63,893 bases of DNA from Eubacteriales bacterium (GCA_028695145.1 JAQVJP010000002.1:1-63893), one strand, 5' to 3'. Positions 29,701 to 40,009 are shown, counted from the stretch's first letter. The notes: generated by a model from the sequence alone, not told the origin. Numbers and translations are program-made.

Positions 29701-31329
29701 ATTGCTGATTGTTTCCAGTGGTTCCCCGCCATCAGCTATCATAGCTGTAGTTATGCCGGTAAGTTCAGTAATTTTTTCCGGCACGGCAACGCCCGGGTTA
29801 ATAAAACTGACAAAACGTTCATCAGTGCACCAGCCGCCGTCTTCATCAGGCACAAACTTAACTGCGGCGACTTCAATCACTCGATCATTTGCGGCATCAA
29901 GACCCGTAGTTTCTACATCAACAGCTACAAAACCTCTTTTCAAGTCATAATCATCGTCATATCCCCAGCAGACAGCCGGTCCATCATCAACAAGATATCC
30001 TTCAAGACCATAAATAACTTTTATATCCTTGCCTTTACGCTTAAGCGCCTGCTGTGTATTACAGGCATCGGGAAAAGACTGAACAACACCATGATCAGTA
30101 ATAGCTACAGCCGGTTGACCGAAAGAAGCCGCAAGTTTAACCAGATCAGACGCGTCACAAACAGCGTCCTTCGTGCTCATCTTGGTATGCGCGTGCAGTT
30201 CAACACGCTTAATATCAGAATTATCCTGTCTTGCGGGTTTACGCTTCGCCTGTTGAACACCCATTATTCTGGCCTGTAAATCATTGGCGAATTGTGAATC
30301 AAAACTAATATCAGCCTGAACTCTGACATATCCTGACTTTAAGTTTTCGACAAGAACAGCTTCATCCTCAGGTTTAGCGAAGAGGATACAGGAAACCGAG
30401 CTTGTAAGATCTGTAATCGCGAATTTAACCAGCACCTTCGTACCCTGGCTGATTTCTCTGCTTTCCAGGCCAAAAGTCTCGCCCTCAAGTACTACCGTTC
30501 CTGACTCGCTGTTGATTTCACAAATAGGTGTCACCTTAAGCTCAGGATTGAGTCTGCCCCAAATCATGTTTTCTGCCTTGGCATGACGTCTGAATGGCCG
30601 TGGAGCAGCTTTATTAGCAGCACCAGTAGCGGAACGTTTGGAACCGCCCGTTTGCGGCGGCGCTGAAGGTGCGGGCGCGTTCTGATAATTGCCGCCGGCA
30701 GCGCTATTTGCCATGGAAGCGGCAGAATTACTTCCCACGGAAGAAACATTTCCATTATTGTCACAAGCAGCTCTGGCCTCATTGGCAAGCTGGCTTGTGA
30801 CCTGATCTAATTTTCTCGTATATTCCGCGATATCAGCTTTTACCGGTATCAGGCAAAAAGACGCAGGCAGATTCTGATAACGGCTGCACAAATGCTGCAA
30901 TTCTGGAATACTGCTGTCGGCAAAAGCTTCACAGCAGTCAGCCTGCAAGTGAACTTCAACATTCCTGCTGACAGGTTTAAACTTAGCGTTGCGTAGCAGT
31001 GAAGCAAGCAAAGCGTCGCGATTTCGCAGATGGCGGAGCATCCAGGGAACAAGTTCTATTGTATATTTACACAGCTGATCAGCATCAAGACCAGCAGGCA
31101 GCTGCTGGCTGACAATTACTTCTTTTGTTTCAAGTTTCTGCTCAAGCGCCTCTTCAAGTCGGCACAATAATCCAGGTGGGCATAAATTATCCGGAGCAGA
31201 CCGGACAAGAAGAGTACCCGACTTCCTGACAGTTAGTTCCTCAACAATTCCGCCGACCCCGGCAATTTCTCTTAATATACTGTGACCCGGTAGTAACCAG
31301 GCAAAAAAATTATCCCACTGTGCTTGCAT
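26782..31329 (-). CDS. polC: DNA polymerase III PolC-type
   Basis: OB fold, PHP domain (ELHAHT..S, TDHG) with inserted DEDDh exonuclease (DVETTG), GSRGSVGSS, PDIDLNFSG, YMFPKAHA. Confidence 0.98.
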   Translation of the reverse strand: MQAQWDNFFAWLLPGHSILREIAGVGGIVEELTVRKSGTLLVRSAPDNLCPPGLLCRLEEALEQKLETKEVIVSQQLPAGLDADQLCKYTIELVPWMLRHLRNRDALLASLLRNAKFKPVSRNVEVHLQADCCEAFADSSIPELQHLCSRYQNLPASFCLIPVKADIAEYTRKLDQVTSQLANEARAACDNNGNVSSVGSNSAASMANSAAGGNYQNAPAPSAPPQTGGSKRSATGAANKAAPRPFRRHAKAENMIWGRLNPELKVTPICEINSESGTVVLEGETFGLESREISQGTKVLVKFAITDLTSSVSCILFAKPEDEAVLVENLKSGYVRVQADISFDSQFANDLQARIMGVQQAKRKPARQDNSDIKRVELHAHTKMSTKDAVCDASDLVKLAASFGQPAVAITDHGVVQSFPDACNTQQALKRKGKDIKVIYGLEGYLVDDGPAVCWGYDDDYDLKRGFVAVDVETTGLDAANDRVIEVAAVKFVPDEDGGWCTDERFVSFINPGVAVPEKITELTGITTAMIADGGEPLETISNLAAFIGDFALVAHNAFFDLGFLRYEGFRTAAETDPRVKFNMPIVDTLALSRALMPEMRSHKLNNVCEALNVNLGRHHRAEDDALACGEALLALLQRADSFSMQRLNELVGHQSDEQILAHRREVFHIILLARDYVGLYNLYRLVSASHTKYFHSRPRIPRSLLQFFRHGLITGSACEAGEIYQKLLQMYRDNGSNYDKTHSHLGNHDLVKLARFYDYLEIQPVSNNQFYLRDPESGIDSEDDLKNLNKLIVELGVKTKRPVLATCDVHFLEKRDSEYRKILMADMGFSDAHLQPDLYFRTTEEMLQEFSYLGQAKAREVAVDNPLKIADQVKADMKPFPDGSFPPIIASAADDVRELTWDTANSIYGYEGGIPDIVRSRVERELDSIIDNGFAIMYYIAHKLVKKSNDDGYIVGSRGSVGSSLVATFCGITEVNPLPPHHVCPHCHYSEFDTSGDYGSGYDLPAQDCPHCGSPMTREGQDIPFETFLGFNGDKQPDIDLNFSGEYQPRAHRFIEEMFGSSHTFRAGTIGSFAEKNAQGMVRGYFEKQEQFATKAEVLRLSQGLIGVKRTTGQHPGGIVVVPKERDVYDFTPIQHPADKREGGTVTTHFDFNAMHDTILKLDILGHDDPTMLKMLGDLTAVDVNTIPIPDEKVMSLFTSTEALGIPDGKSPAGSATLGLPEMGTFMARDMIKETRPSRFYDLVQLMGLSHGTDVWKGNAQELIRNGTCSINEVIGCRDTIMTGLIYNGLPPKAAFDIMEKVRKGKGLSEEHEQLMRDNNVPEWYIDSCKKIKYMFPKAHAAAYTISSLRIAWFKVYYPEAYYCAYFTVRADEFDSNIMCRPPAEVRIDRERRRQLFRESPDREQKIYYILELVEEMQLRGIDFLPLDVYKSSASKFVQEAPGLIRPPLDAIPGISSSLAQSIIAARADGIFKSKDELMRRAGVGQSAIETLTNSGCLQDMPDTAQMNLFEMMG

Positions 31330-31386
31330 TAATCTTCTCTTTCTACTTTAATAATCCTGTTTCTGCATAATCTAATTTATGTAGCC

Positions 31387-32508
31387 TTACTTATTCAATT
31401 CACGCTCACGGCATACTTCATCGACAACCGCCATCAGAGCGGTTACAGCTTCCTGCTCAGGAACTTTGCGAATAATCTCGCCGCGGCGAAAAATTATGAA
31501 CTCGCCTTTGCCGCCGGCGATACCTACGTCTGCCTCACGTGCCTCACCAGGACCATTGACGGCACAGCCCATGACAGCGACTTTTATCGGTTCAGTTACT
31601 GATGCCAGCGCTTCTTCAACTTCTTGAGCGATTTTGACAAGATCAACTGCTGTACGACCACAAGTCGGGCAGCTGACAAGAAGCGCGCCTCTGGCTCTAA
31701 GCCCCAGAGACTTGAGAATCGCGTAAGCAGCGCGAATTTCCTCGACAGGATCAGCAGTAAGTGAAACTCTAAGTGTATCACCAATACCTTCTGCCAGAAG
31801 CGTACCGATACCTACAGCTGATCGAATTACGCCCTCACGCATCGTACCTGCCTCAGTAACTCCCAGATGTAATGGATAATCGGTTTTATCGGCAAGCAGC
31901 CTATAGGCCGCTATGGTCAAAGCTGGATCGGAAGCTTTTATCGAGATTACTATATCTTCAAAATCATATTTCTCGATTTGTCTGGTTGCTTGCAATACTG
32001 ATTCAGACATTGAAGCCGCATTGACACCACCATGCTTGTCAATTATTTTTCGGTCAAGCGATCCCGAATTAACACCAACACGGATGGGGACACCTCGCTC
32101 TTTGGCGGCTTTGACCACCTGGGACAATCGGTCTTCACCACCAATATTACCAGGATTAATTCTGATTTTGTCAGCTCCGGCCTCAATGGCCGCCAGAGCC
32201 AAGCGATAATCAAAATGAATATCAGCCACGATAGGCAAAGGTGATTTCTTCCTAATATTGGCAAAAGCCTCAGCCGCCTGCAAATCAGGTACTGCAAGAC
32301 GTGTTAACTCACATCCTGCTTCTGCGAGTTCTTCAATCTGTCTGATACTTGCCGCGACATTCCTCGTATCAGTATTATTCATGGATTGAACTACAATTGG
32401 CGCGTTCCCGCCTATAATCAAACTACCAACACGAACTTCTCGCGTCTTCTTACGGCTGAAATCAAAATCTATTTTCTCATGCAAGCCAATACACTTCCCT
32501 TCATGCAC
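31387..32508 (-). CDS. ispG: HMBPP synthase (MEP pathway)
   Basis: VQSM, ADIHF, RINPGN, SCPTCGR, MGCAVNGPGE; exact start uncertain. Confidence 0.97.
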   Translation of the reverse strand: MHEGKCIGLHEKIDFDFSRKKTREVRVGSLIIGGNAPIVVQSMNNTDTRNVAASIRQIEELAEAGCELTRLAVPDLQAAEAFANIRKKSPLPIVADIHFDYRLALAAIEAGADKIRINPGNIGGEDRLSQVVKAAKERGVPIRVGVNSGSLDRKIIDKHGGVNAASMSESVLQATRQIEKYDFEDIVISIKASDPALTIAAYRLLADKTDYPLHLGVTEAGTMREGVIRSAVGIGTLLAEGIGDTLRVSLTADPVEEIRAAYAILKSLGLRARGALLVSCPTCGRTAVDLVKIAQEVEEALASVTEPIKVAVMGCAVNGPGEAREADVGIAGGKGEFIIFRRGEIIRKVPEQEAVTALMAVVDEVCRERELNK

Positions 32509-32518
32509 TTAATATCTG

Positions 32519-32553
32519 ATAAGCTTACAAAATCTCTGCTATAAGCTTACAAA
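32519..32553. repeat. 13-bp direct repeat with a 22-bp period
   Basis: ATAAGCTTACAAA at 32519-32531 and 32541-32553. Confidence 0.85.
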
Positions 32554-32557
32554 CCAT

Positions 32558-33913
32558 TTAACCGCCCGCCAGCCGCATAATATCAAAAGTAAGACCAAGA
32601 AGAGCAAGTCCAATAATCAGCGCAAAACCGACAAATCCGATCACACTTTGAGTTCTCATAGATAGACGTTTGCCTCGAATTGCCTCTATTGCTGTCAATA
32701 TAAGATGATTGCCATCAAGAGGCGGTATTGGCAGAAGGTTCATGAAACCAAGGCTGACTGAAATCAGGGCAAACATCCACAGAAGCTGATAAACGGTCTC
32801 ACGCAGAGGCGCACGTTGCTGCACAACATCGCCGATCATACTGACAACTCCAACCGGACCAGAAAGAGTATCTTGAGGACGTACAGCTCCGGTAAACATC
32901 ATGCCAATGCTACGAACCGTAACTTTTACTATTGACCAGCTCCATTGAAAAGATTGAATAACGGCTTCACCAAAATTATCACTTGAAGCAAAATAAATCC
33001 CGGTTGGTACCAGATCTTCATACATCGTAGCTGACATGGTCAGATCAGTTTCGGCACCGTCTCTTAAAACGGTCAGGGTAAAAGGTTTGCCTGCACTATT
33101 CTCAACTGTTTGTCGGAAGGCTTCACTGTCGGAATATGGTACAGCTTCAGCAGCAAGTATTATATCGCCAGGTTTTAAAACCGGATTGCCGCCATTGGAG
33201 GTCGCATCAACTGTACTAACTACAGCACCACCATCCTGCAAATTTTGTTCCACAGTTATGCCAAGTCTATAGCGTTCAACTGTCCTTGGAGTCAGATCGA
33301 TAGTTTGATTACTGCCATCAGCCTTCTCAACTTCAAGTGTCAGCTTATCATCGGCTCCCAGGAACATATCCACACCAGAAAAATCGAGCGTTGTTCTTAT
33401 CTTATCACCGTTAGCTCTTATAACTCTATCCCCAGCAGCAAGCCCGGACTCATAAGCAAGAGTATCCTCCATGGTACCTGCAATGACAGGGATAGTGAAA
33501 CCGAAGCTGCTGAACATGATAAGAAAGGCCAAAACACCAGATAATAAATTCAAAGCAGGACCTGTAACAAGTACTATCGCACGCGCCCATCTGGGACGAT
33601 TGTAGAAATGTCCTGAAATATCTTCTTTTTTTACCGCGGCTTCAGTATCGCTGTCAGCTGAGATACTCCTGCTGGTGTCGGTCGGTTCATCATCAAATTC
33701 ACCGGCAAACCTGACAGAAGCACCTATCGGCAGCAGCTTAATATTATACTTAATACCATTTTTCTCCCACTCAAACAGAACCGGACCCATAAAAATTGAA
33801 AACTCTTCAATATCGAAACCAAGCTTGCGTCCTGTTAGGTAATGTCCAAGCTCGTGGACAATCATCATAATACTTAGAAATAAAATACCTGTTACTATTC
33901 CAAGAACACCCAT
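32558..33913 (-). CDS. rseP: RIP metalloprotease RseP (M50, two PDZ domains)
   Basis: HELGH, GP..N, NLLPIPPLDG; between dxr and ispG. Confidence 0.94.
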   Translation of the reverse strand: MGVLGIVTGILFLSIMMIVHELGHYLTGRKLGFDIEEFSIFMGPVLFEWEKNGIKYNIKLLPIGASVRFAGEFDDEPTDTSRSISADSDTEAAVKKEDISGHFYNRPRWARAIVLVTGPALNLLSGVLAFLIMFSSFGFTIPVIAGTMEDTLAYESGLAAGDRVIRANGDKIRTTLDFSGVDMFLGADDKLTLEVEKADGSNQTIDLTPRTVERYRLGITVEQNLQDGGAVVSTVDATSNGGNPVLKPGDIILAAEAVPYSDSEAFRQTVENSAGKPFTLTVLRDGAETDLTMSATMYEDLVPTGIYFASSDNFGEAVIQSFQWSWSIVKVTVRSIGMMFTGAVRPQDTLSGPVGVVSMIGDVVQQRAPLRETVYQLLWMFALISVSLGFMNLLPIPPLDGNHLILTAIEAIRGKRLSMRTQSVIGFVGFALIIGLALLGLTFDIMRLAGG

Positions 33914-33986
33914 AGGGTATCTCCTTTCTGATTTCCATCAGCGCATTTAATCATCAAACTATATCACCATTTGTTCTGTTAATCAG

Positions 33987-35168
33987 TTACATATGCTTAA
34001 GAGATCTTGAACGTTGACGTGCCTCTTGATCTGCAGCCATCAAATCAGCAAAATCAAACTTGGTCATGACTCCGTCCCGTTCGTGCATTTCCATAACATG
34101 CTCTACATGTTCAGCTATTTCAAGGAAGCCAATTTCACCTGCCAGAAAACGCCAAACTGACTCTTCATTGGCAGCGTTCATAACTGCTGGCATCGTACCA
34201 CCAGCCGCAGCAGCCTGATATGCCAAATCAAGCAGACGGAACGTCTTGCGGTCAGGCTGTTCAAAAGTAAGATTATTGGTGCGGGACTCAAACGGATTAT
34301 AGGAGCGATTACCGGCGCAGATTCTCTCAGGCCAGGTCAAAGCAAGTTGTATCGGCAATTTCATATCCGGGAAACCCATCTGAGCCATAACAGATCCATC
34401 ATTGAATTCAACCATAGAGTGAATAATGCTCTGAGGATGCACAACCACATCAATCACAGATACATCGCAGTCAAAAAGCCAGGACGCCTCAATCACCTCC
34501 AGGCCTTTGTTCATAAGGGTCGCGGAATCAATAGTTATCTTCCCGCCCATTTTCCAGGTTGGATGTGCCAATGCCTGGTCTACAGTAATCGACGCAAGCT
34601 CCTCAATGCCGCGCCCACGAAAAGGACCACCGGAAGCTGTCAGCAAGATCCGTCTCATGCTTCCCGGAGGAGCACCAGCCAGACATTGCCAGATAGCGGA
34701 ATGCTCAGAATCTACAGGCAGAAGCCTAACCTTATTCCTGTTAACCTCCGGCATAACAAGAGCCCCGCCGGCAACCAGTGTTTCTTTGTTAGCAAGTGCG
34801 ATATCCTTACCCGCTTTAATAGCCTTAAGTACTGGTTCCAAGCCGGCAACGCCTACCATCGCGGCAACAACAGCCTGAGCCTCAGGTACAACAGCAGCTG
34901 CGTTATTGCCAGACATGCCATACAATATTTCCGGCATATGACCTGAGCCAAATAATCTGTGTCGTAAATCATGAGCGAGTTCCGCAGTACCAACACTTAC
35001 GAGAGAAGGTTTGAACTCACGCACCTGATTCTCCAGCAAATCAATACTGGAAGAACAGGTAAGTGCCGCGACTTTTATATTTAGTTCACGACAGACTTCA
35101 AGAGTCTGCGTTCCAATTGATCCTGTAGAACCTAATATGGAAATAGTATTAATCATTTGCAACTCCAA
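33987..35168 (-). CDS. dxr: 1-deoxy-D-xylulose-5-phosphate reductoisomerase
   Basis: GSTGSIG, LANKE, PVDSEH, HPTWKMG, DSATLMNKGLE. Confidence 0.98.
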   Translation of the reverse strand: MELQMINTISILGSTGSIGTQTLEVCRELNIKVAALTCSSSIDLLENQVREFKPSLVSVGTAELAHDLRHRLFGSGHMPEILYGMSGNNAAAVVPEAQAVVAAMVGVAGLEPVLKAIKAGKDIALANKETLVAGGALVMPEVNRNKVRLLPVDSEHSAIWQCLAGAPPGSMRRILLTASGGPFRGRGIEELASITVDQALAHPTWKMGGKITIDSATLMNKGLEVIEASWLFDCDVSVIDVVVHPQSIIHSMVEFNDGSVMAQMGFPDMKLPIQLALTWPERICAGNRSYNPFESRTNNLTFEQPDRKTFRLLDLAYQAAAAGGTMPAVMNAANEESVWRFLAGEIGFLEIAEHVEHVMEMHERDGVMTKFDFADLMAADQEARQRSRSLKHM

Positions 35169-36053
35169 TCAGAACAGACTCCAATAGAGCAGAGCCAGTA
35201 CAAGTGTAGCCGGCATCGTAAAAAAAGCACTGTCAAACCGATCCAGAATACCACCATGACCGGGTAGAAGTCTGCCAAAATCTTTTATACCGACTCTTCG
35301 TTTTATAGCCGACGCAAGCCAGTCGCCCAACTGTGAAGCAAGACTGAGAATTATTCCGGCAACTGCGGCAAATATAAGATTTCTCCATGCCTCTGGTCTT
35401 GATTCGTTCATCCTGGCCAGTACAAGTTCAAAATAGAGCATAAGTACGATTACAGTACCTCCCACACCGCCAATACAGCCTTCTATTGTCTTTTTGGGAC
35501 TGATATGGGGCAGGAAACGATGCCTGCCAATAGCTGAACCGGTAAAATAAGCACTGACATCAGAAGCCCAAGGGGTCAATAAAGCCAGTACCAACCAGAA
35601 CCAACCAAGTTTAACGGTGTAAAGAAGTAAAACAGAACATACAAGGGGGAAAGCCACGTAAGCCATAATCAATGAACCTGCCGCTGTCGCAAGCAAGCCT
35701 TCCGGTCCGGTTTTCAACAATGGCACAATCAGATTCAAAATCATGATACTAATCAAGGCAAACAATGATAAAGCAAGTCCTGCAACAGTTGAAGAAGTAT
35801 CCTGTTTCATTATGGTAGTGCTACCAAGACCGGTTAAAATCAAAGGAGCGAGAAAAGTCAATGAACCAACAAACACTGGAATTCTTGGTGTTTTAAGGCC
35901 TCCAGTCTGCACAGCGTTCAACAATTCCTGTACAGCCACTAAACAAACAAACAGCAGCAAAATCAAAGGTACCCAAAGCCATTTGAGTCCGGGAGCGATA
36001 AACAAAGCTATGCCGATGGTAAAAAGAATGCCGGTTATAACTCGTTGCTTCAT
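35169..36053 (-). CDS. cdsA: Phosphatidate cytidylyltransferase
   Basis: ISPKKTIEG, IKDFGRLLPGHGGILDRFDS. Confidence 0.96.
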   Translation of the reverse strand: MKQRVITGILFTIGIALFIAPGLKWLWVPLILLLFVCLVAVQELLNAVQTGGLKTPRIPVFVGSLTFLAPLILTGLGSTTIMKQDTSSTVAGLALSLFALISIMILNLIVPLLKTGPEGLLATAAGSLIMAYVAFPLVCSVLLLYTVKLGWFWLVLALLTPWASDVSAYFTGSAIGRHRFLPHISPKKTIEGCIGGVGGTVIVLMLYFELVLARMNESRPEAWRNLIFAAVAGIILSLASQLGDWLASAIKRRVGIKDFGRLLPGHGGILDRFDSAFFTMPATLVLALLYWSLF

Positions 36054-36868
36054 TTCGTACGGATACCTCCAAATCTGCGATCCCGGTCAGTATATGCTGA
36101 TAATGCCTCAATCAGATGCACTTCAGAAAAATCGGGCCACATGATATCAGAATACCAGAATTCAGAATAAGCTGCCTGCCATAAAAGAAAATTTGATAAC
36201 CGCTGCTCACCGCTTGGTCTAATTATCAAATCGGGATCAGGTACATCAGGCAGATAAAGACAACGGACAATATCCTCTTCCTCTATTGAGCCAGGTGCCA
36301 AAGCCCCCTGCTTAACTTCTTCTGCAATCTTGCGACAGGCTTGAACAATCTCACGTCTGCCACCGTAATTAATAGCAACAATTAACTGCATTTTATCTCT
36401 ATTAGCCGATTCAATCTCAGCCTCAGAAATAATTTTCTGAATATCATCAGGCAAGGCTCCGATGTCACCGGAGAACCTCAACCGGATACCTTCAGCCGCT
36501 AATTCACGATCATAACGATGAAAAAACTCAACGAAGAGTTGCATCAACGCATGAACTTCATCATCAGGGCGTCGCCAGTTTTCCGTAGAAAAAGCGTAGA
36601 CAGTTAGATATTTGATACCTCTGCGTCCACACATGCGACAGAGATTTTTCAAATTCTCTGCCCCGGCACGATGGCCAGCCTGCCGCGGCAAGCCTTTTTG
36701 CTTGGCCCAACGACCATTACCATCCATAATAACAGCCAGGTGTTCCGGTATTTCAAGATGCCCGGCAGCAACTACCTTGGAATTCTGTGACACAACTTCA
36801 TCCTGATTTGTTGTTTTGTTGTGGCGCATCAGGTTGAATAAACTGTTAATCTTACGAAATATACTCAT
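36050..36868 (-). CDS. uppS: Undecaprenyl diphosphate synthase
   Basis: IMDGNGRWA, FSTENW, RPSGEQRLSNFLLWQ, RRFG. Confidence 0.97.
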   Translation of the reverse strand: MSIFRKINSLFNLMRHNKTTNQDEVVSQNSKVVAAGHLEIPEHLAVIMDGNGRWAKQKGLPRQAGHRAGAENLKNLCRMCGRRGIKYLTVYAFSTENWRRPDDEVHALMQLFVEFFHRYDRELAAEGIRLRFSGDIGALPDDIQKIISEAEIESANRDKMQLIVAINYGGRREIVQACRKIAEEVKQGALAPGSIEEEDIVRCLYLPDVPDPDLIIRPSGEQRLSNFLLWQAAYSEFWYSDIMWPDFSEVHLIEALSAYTDRDRRFGGIRTK

Positions 36869-36905
36869 TTATTATCAGGCTGAACCTGTCCTCCTGCATT
36901 GTTTT

Positions 36906-36937
36906 AACAAGAAACCGGGCGTTGCCACCCGGTTTCG
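36906..36937 (-). terminator. Probable intrinsic terminator after frr
   Basis: GAAACCGGG-TGGCAACG-CCCGGTTTC followed by TTGTT. Confidence 0.6.
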
Positions 36938-36994
36938 ATAACAGGTTTGTCCAGAAGCATTGGGGATACTTGCCCCACGTGTCCAACTGTTAAA

Positions 36995-37567
36995 TCAAAG
37001 CTCCATCAGATCTGCTTCTTTTACCTGAACAGCTTTATCAATCTCAGAGATATACTTATCTGTAAGTTTCTGCATATTAGTCTCAACTTCGGACATCTGA
37101 TCTTCAGTTATTTCCTTCTTTTTAAGCATGGAACGGAAATGATCTATACCCTCACGACGCAGATTTCTAATAGCGATTTTAGATTCTTCGCCATATTTAC
37201 TGACCTGTTTTACAAGATCACGTCTGCGCTCCTCTGTAAGTGCCGGGAAAACAAGTCTAATCATTTTTCCGTCGTTTGAAGGATTAATACCGAGATCTGA
37301 AGCTTGAATTGACTTCTCAATAAGTTTCAATGAAGAAGGATCCCAAGGAGAGATAGTTATAATTCTCGGTTCAGGAATCTGGATGTTCGCGACTTGATTA
37401 ATAGGTGTCTGAACACCATAATAATCAATGCTGATACGATCCAGCACTTTGGAATTAGCACGACCGGCACGAATCGAGTTGAACTCTTCCTGCAGCACAT
37501 GCAATGTCTTCGTCATTTTCTCTTCATATGGTAAAAAGGAATCTCTGTTTATTTCTACGATAGCCAT
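36995..37567 (-). CDS. frr: Ribosome recycling factor
   Basis: IRAGRAN, LGINPSNDG, LTEERRRDLVK. Confidence 0.98.
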   Translation of the reverse strand: MAIVEINRDSFLPYEEKMTKTLHVLQEEFNSIRAGRANSKVLDRISIDYYGVQTPINQVANIQIPEPRIITISPWDPSSLKLIEKSIQASDLGINPSNDGKMIRLVFPALTEERRRDLVKQVSKYGEESKIAIRNLRREGIDHFRSMLKKKEITEDQMSEVETNMQKLTDKYISEIDKAVQVKEADLMEL

Positions 37568-37626
37568 ATCTGTACCTCCGAATTATGATCTCAGACTATT
37601 ATACCCAATCGCATGTCTGATATCAA

Positions 37627-38331
37627 TCAAATTACGATTGTACCCAGTTCCTCACCTTCAGCCATTCGGATGATATTTTCAGGATCTGACATATCAAACA
37701 CGGCTATGGCAACTTTGTTATCACGACACAGTGCCGCGGCTGTCGCATCCATGACACCAAGACTAAGCTGTAACACTTCATCATGACTGACACGGGAATA
37801 TTTAACCGCGTCCGCATGCTTCTTGGGATCCTTATTGTAAACCCCATCAACCATTGTCGCTTTGAAAATAATATCTGCCTCAATTTCTGAAGCTCGCAAA
37901 GCGGCAGCAGTATCTGTAGAGAAGAACGGATTTCCTGTCCCGCAGGCAAATATTACGACCCGACCTTTTTCAAGATGTCTTATTGCTCTTTTCCTGATAT
38001 AAGTCTCTGCTATCTGACGCATCTCAATGGCGCTGAGCACTCTTGTGACAGCACCCGCCTGCTCAAGAGCGTCTGAAAGAGCAAGAGCGTTCATCGTAGT
38101 CGCAAGCATACCCATATGATCTGCTGTGACTCTATCCATACCTTCACTGCTGCGCCCACGCCAGAAATTACCGCCGCCAACAACTACAGCTACCTGTACG
38201 TTCATCTCAACCAGCTTGCGAATAGTCTGCCCGATAACCTTAAGTGTTTCATTGTCAAGACCTGTTCCCTTGGAACCAGCTAACGCCTCTCCGCTGACTT
38301 TTAGTAGAATTCTTTTGTAAACTGCAGTCAT
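37627..38331 (-). CDS. pyrH: UMP kinase
   Basis: [23 protein letters not shown]. Confidence 0.98.
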   Translation of the reverse strand: MTAVYKRILLKVSGEALAGSKGTGLDNETLKVIGQTIRKLVEMNVQVAVVVGGGNFWRGRSSEGMDRVTADHMGMLATTMNALALSDALEQAGAVTRVLSAIEMRQIAETYIRKRAIRHLEKGRVVIFACGTGNPFFSTDTAAALRASEIEADIIFKATMVDGVYNKDPKKHADAVKYSRVSHDEVLQLSLGVMDATAAALCRDNKVAIAVFDMSDPENIIRMAEGEELGTIVI

Positions 38332-38360
38332 AAATACCTCCGATATTTGAATAATCTTGC

Positions 38361-38389
38361 AAAAAAAGGGACATGCAAGGCATGTCCCT
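38361..38389 (-). terminator. Intrinsic terminator after tsf
   Basis: AGGGACATGC-CTT-GCATGTCCCT followed by a T tract. Confidence 0.85.
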
Positions 38390-38408
38390 CTGAGTAATTG
38401 CTCCGGAC

Positions 38409-39056
38409 TTACTTAATCTGCTTCATAACCTCATCGGCAAAATTCTCTTCACGTTTCTGCAATCCCTCACCCATCTCGTAACGGGTAAAACGACGAATCG
38501 TGATATTCTCACCAATTGTAGCTATCATCTGAGTAAGTACGTCTTTGATTTTTTTGGAATCATCTTTGACATAGCTCTGCTCGAGCAAACAGTTCTCATC
38601 ATAGAACTTACTTAATCTGCCTTCAACAATTTTGTCAACGATCTTCTCCGGTTTTCCTTCATTCAGAGCCTGATTGCGAACAATCTCGCGCTCCTTCTCA
38701 AGAGCTTCTGCCGGAACCTCTTCTTTAGAAACCCACTGTGGGTTCATAGCAGCAACCTGCATGCCAAGATCTTTAACAAAACGACGGAAATCCTCATTCT
38801 TAGCTGCGAAATCTGTTTCGATATTTACTTCAATAAGAACGCCAACACGTCCGCCTGCATGAATATAAGACTCAACAATACCTTCGGCCGCAATACGACT
38901 TGATTTTTTCTCAGCTGTTGCGATACCTTTTTCACGAAGCCATTTAACAGCCTTCTCCATATCACCATCAGCCTCGGTGAGAGCTTTTTTGCAGTCCATC
39001 ATTCCTGAACCGGTTTTTTCTCTTAATTCTTTTATCATATCAACTGTAATTGCCAT
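38409..39056 (-). CDS. tsf: Elongation factor Ts (short 215-aa form)
   Basis: [20 protein letters not shown]. Confidence 0.98.
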   Translation of the reverse strand: MAITVDMIKELREKTGSGMMDCKKALTEADGDMEKAVKWLREKGIATAEKKSSRIAAEGIVESYIHAGGRVGVLIEVNIETDFAAKNEDFRRFVKDLGMQVAAMNPQWVSKEEVPAEALEKEREIVRNQALNEGKPEKIVDKIVEGRLSKFYDENCLLEQSYVKDDSKKIKDVLTQMIATIGENITIRRFTRYEMGEGLQKREENFADEVMKQIK

Positions 39057-39158
39057 TACGTAATTCCTCCTGACATGTATTTTGAAGATACTATCTCGAG
39101 CTGATTCGCCCTGCTGCTATAGCTATCTCTTTTTATAATTTAACCAAAAATAAGTTTA

Positions 39159-39908
39159 TCAGGCTTCCTCGTCGGCAGCTTCTACTTCTTCAGCTTCGAC
39201 AGCGTCGTCTGAAACTTCAAGCTGCTCACCTTGACGTCCTTCAAGCATAGCGTCAGCCATCTTACCTGCGATCAGTTTGACGGCTCTGATGGCATCATCG
39301 TTGCCTGGGATTACATAATCAACTTCTTCAGGATCACAGTTTGTATCAACAATACCGATGATGGGAATACCAAGACGGCGAGCTTCCATAACAGCGATAT
39401 GTTCCTTCCGTGGGTCTACTACAAACATACATGATGGAATACCTGGCATCTTCTTGATACCACCAAGATTCTTCTCAAGTTTTTCCATTTCCAACTTAAG
39501 CTTAGCTACTTCCTTCTTAGGAAGCACATCAAATGTACCATTCTCCTGCATCTGCTCAAGCTCTTCAAGACGATGTATTCTCTTCTTGATAGTGGAATAG
39601 TTTGTCAGTGTACCACCAAGCCAACGGTTATTAATGAAATACATACCGCAACGCTCTGCTTCTTCACGAATAGAATCCTGAGCCTGCTTCTTGGTACCTA
39701 CAAACAGCATTGTTCCACCATTCATAGCGATCTGACGAGCAAACATATAGGCTTCATCTGCCTTCTTTACTGTTTTCTGCAAGTCAATGATGTAAATACC
39801 ATTACGCTCTGTGTAAATGTACTCTGCCATTTTCGGATTCCAGCGGCGGGTCTGATGACCAAAATGCACACCGGCTTCTAATAGCTGTTTCATGCTGATT
39901 ACTGCCAT
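39159..39908 (-). CDS. rpsB: 30S ribosomal protein S2
   Basis: [27 protein letters not shown] before the ATG at 39908. Confidence 0.99.
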   Translation of the reverse strand: MAVISMKQLLEAGVHFGHQTRRWNPKMAEYIYTERNGIYIIDLQKTVKKADEAYMFARQIAMNGGTMLFVGTKKQAQDSIREEAERCGMYFINNRWLGGTLTNYSTIKKRIHRLEELEQMQENGTFDVLPKKEVAKLKLEMEKLEKNLGGIKKMPGIPSCMFVVDPRKEHIAVMEARRLGIPIIGIVDTNCDPEEVDYVIPGNDDAIRAVKLIAGKMADAMLEGRQGEQLEVSDDAVEAEEVEAADEEA

Positions 39909-39929
39909 TTTTAATTTCCTCCTGTTTTT

Positions 39930-39995
39930 TCCACCATGGGCTTGCAGCCGAAGACCAGTTTTGTCGGCAACAGGCATAACTATCCCATGTGCGTA
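39930..39995 (-). ncRNA. Probable structured rpsB 5' leader (S2 autoregulatory element)
   Basis: CACATGGG...CCCATGGTG outer stem enclosing a GCCGA...TCGGC inner stem, between promoter and SD; family assignment unverified. Confidence 0.5.
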
Positions 39996-40009
39996 TTAAA
40001 TCGCTCAGT

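Noticed and set aside
38409..39056. Short EF-Ts as a truncated pseudogene
   Set aside because: The ~200-215-aa form is an established dimeric type; it has an intact C-terminus and terminator
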